64,000 bases of DNA, from NCBI RefSeq assembly GCF_009914755.1, contig NC_060925.1; one strand, given 5' to 3'. Within the stretch, counting starts at the first letter, position 1. Each line of letters starts with the position of its first letter. A model generated the notes under the pieces. That model was not told the DNA's origin and did not search any database. It saw only the letters and a program-made list of their open reading frames with translations. Source of the stretch: the human T2T-CHM13v2.0 reference genome, Homo sapiens. Positions 62,380-64,000 of the stretch are shown here, one piece after another. The translations under genes and the position numbers were made by a program.

Positions 62380-64000
62380 GTCAGTCCTGCAGCCACCGCT
62401 GATGCTCTGGCTGCGGAAACCCGGGGTTGCCCGCGGGAGAAGGGGTGGCGGGTCCCAGGCTTCGGGCAGGGGGCGCCAGAGGACGCCCAGGAGCCCGGCC
62501 GGCAGCTGGCGAGGCGGGCAGGCAGGCGGCATCTCTCGGCCCGGGCGCCCCTCCCCCCGGCGGGCAACAGACCCGTCGCCTGCTCTGCACGGGCCGCGGC
62601 GCGGAGGACTTCCCCCGGCTGTGCCCTCGGACCAAGCTGACTGCGGGAGTGGCCGCCAACTTCACAGCCTACAACCCCCTCCGGATCATGCCGGCCCTGG
62701 GGCTGCGGGAGGGTGCGTCTGGTGCCCAGCTCTATGACCAGGGGTGGGAGGATAGGGATGGGGGATGGACAGATAGACTCCGGCCAAAGATGGACACGGG
62801 AGTCAGGGATGCGGGTCCAGTCGGGATCTCAGCTGGAGGGGAGGGGGCGCGGAGCAGACACGGGGGACACGGCCCCAATTCCAAGCTGGGGGGAGGGGAC
62901 TTGCAGCAAGATTGGCGAGGGAAGGCGGGACTCCGGTCAGATAGATATGGGGGAGGGGGCGCTAGGGGCAGAAATAGAGAAGAAGCATGGTCGGGGTACA
63001 GGCGCGGGGGAGGGTAGAAACTATGGGCAGACATGGATGGGGACAGGAAAGACTCCGGGCAGTGATGAAGTGGAGGAGAGGAGCAGGGTCCGGCATTCAG
63101 ACCGTGACGGGAAATAGAGGGGGAGACACAGTTGAGCTGCAGGTTAATGGGGGGGCTCTAATAAAGGTGGGGGGCACACTGCCCGGATCCAGGCCGAGAT
63201 AGGGAAAGACTCGAGACAGCAAGCACGGTCTGTGTCAGAATTCTGGAGGGGGAGACTTTAGCATAGATGGGTAAGAGGGTCGGTCCAGGCTGGGGGAGGG
63301 GGGGGGCCGAGATTAGAGATTCACCAGCGATTAAGGGGGCCTCGGCCCTAGGTTTGGGAGTTCCCCAGAAGATGGGGGTGGGCGAACGCTGAACGAACTC
63401 AGTTCGGGCTGGGGGAGAATTCAGCAGAGACGGGTTAGGAGAGCGCCCCGAGTCCGGGCCGGTGCGGAAACTCGGGACCGCGCCGGCAGGGCTCGGTGCG
63501 AGGCCAGGTCGGGGTCTGGGGCCGAGCACTCACCTGGGCGCCGTCAGCAGCAGGAGCGGGGGCCGGCGCTGGCGGGGGCGGCCACGGGGCGCAAGTTTGC
63601 CATCCCTAAGTCGGGGACCGGGCCGGGCGCAGGGTAGGTAGCTGCAGCCGCGCGGAGGGCCGAGGCTCCCGCTCTCCCGGGCGGCGGGTGCAGAAAAGGC
63701 GCCGCGGAGCAGCGCGGGGCGGGCGGGCGGGCGGCGCCGGGCCGGGCGCGGGCTCCTGCCGCCGCCGCCGCCGCCGCCTCCTTGCCGCGCCGCCCCCCGC
63801 TCCCCCGCTCCCCCGCCCCGAGCACCGCCCGCGCCGCGCGCCGCCTCCTATTTGCGGGCGGCGGCCGCAGCCCCGGGCTCTGAGAGCCGGTGCCGCATCC
63901 TCTTCGGTCTCTGAGCGCCGCCGCCGCTGCCGCCGAACCCGGTTCCTCCGGCCGCTCCGGCCGCTGCCCGCAGCGCGCGCCGGGCCGAGTGACGGCCGAG
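62380..64000 (-). promoter_or_regulatory. ADGRB2: ADGRB2 promoter CpG island
   Basis: Very high CpG and GC content; GGGCGG arrays; (GCC)7 at 63758-63778. Confidence 0.85.
63534..64000 (-). other. ADGRB2: ADGRB2 non-coding exon 1 (5' boundary uncertain)
   Basis: Consensus donor CAG|gtgagt at 63534 within an extremely GC/CpG-rich island. Confidence 0.75.

Overview
GC-rich mammalian genomic DNA. Alu content and recognisable proteins indicate human, the COL16A1-ADGRB2 locus, which I recall lies at 1p35. Both genes are on the minus strand. (1) ADGRB2/BAI2, an adhesion GPCR, spans ~26.75-64 kb. I rebuilt 33 exons, 31 of them coding, from splice signals. The coding lengths sum to 4758 nt (1585 aa + stop): signal peptide, N-terminal domain, 4 TSRs, HormR/GAIN/GPS, 7TM and a C-tail ending in the PDZ motif QTEV. 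The MIR4254 hairpin lies in intron 1. (2) The 5' end of COL16A1 is present: CpG promoter, non-coding exon 1 and signal-peptide exon 2. The ~23 kb intergenic region holds 8 Alus, MER20/MER5A/MER33, an MST solo LTR, L2/MIR relics and an orphan CpG island. I found no new protein-coding gene, CRISPR array or tRNA/rRNA, and no wholly new biological system. The best leads are RNA-level control features of ADGRB2 visible in the sequence: five uATGs, one of which opens an overlapping uORF ending 1 nt before Met13; an exon starting with a recursive-splice-type AG|GTGAG; a CCAAT/GC-box cluster resembling an internal promoter in intron 6; a GC-AG intron; an ICL3 cassette exon with a distant branch point and CU tract; a NAGNAG acceptor; and an extended miR-122 site in the 3'UTR. 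Repeat family names and motif functions were assigned by eye or from memory and need computational confirmation.
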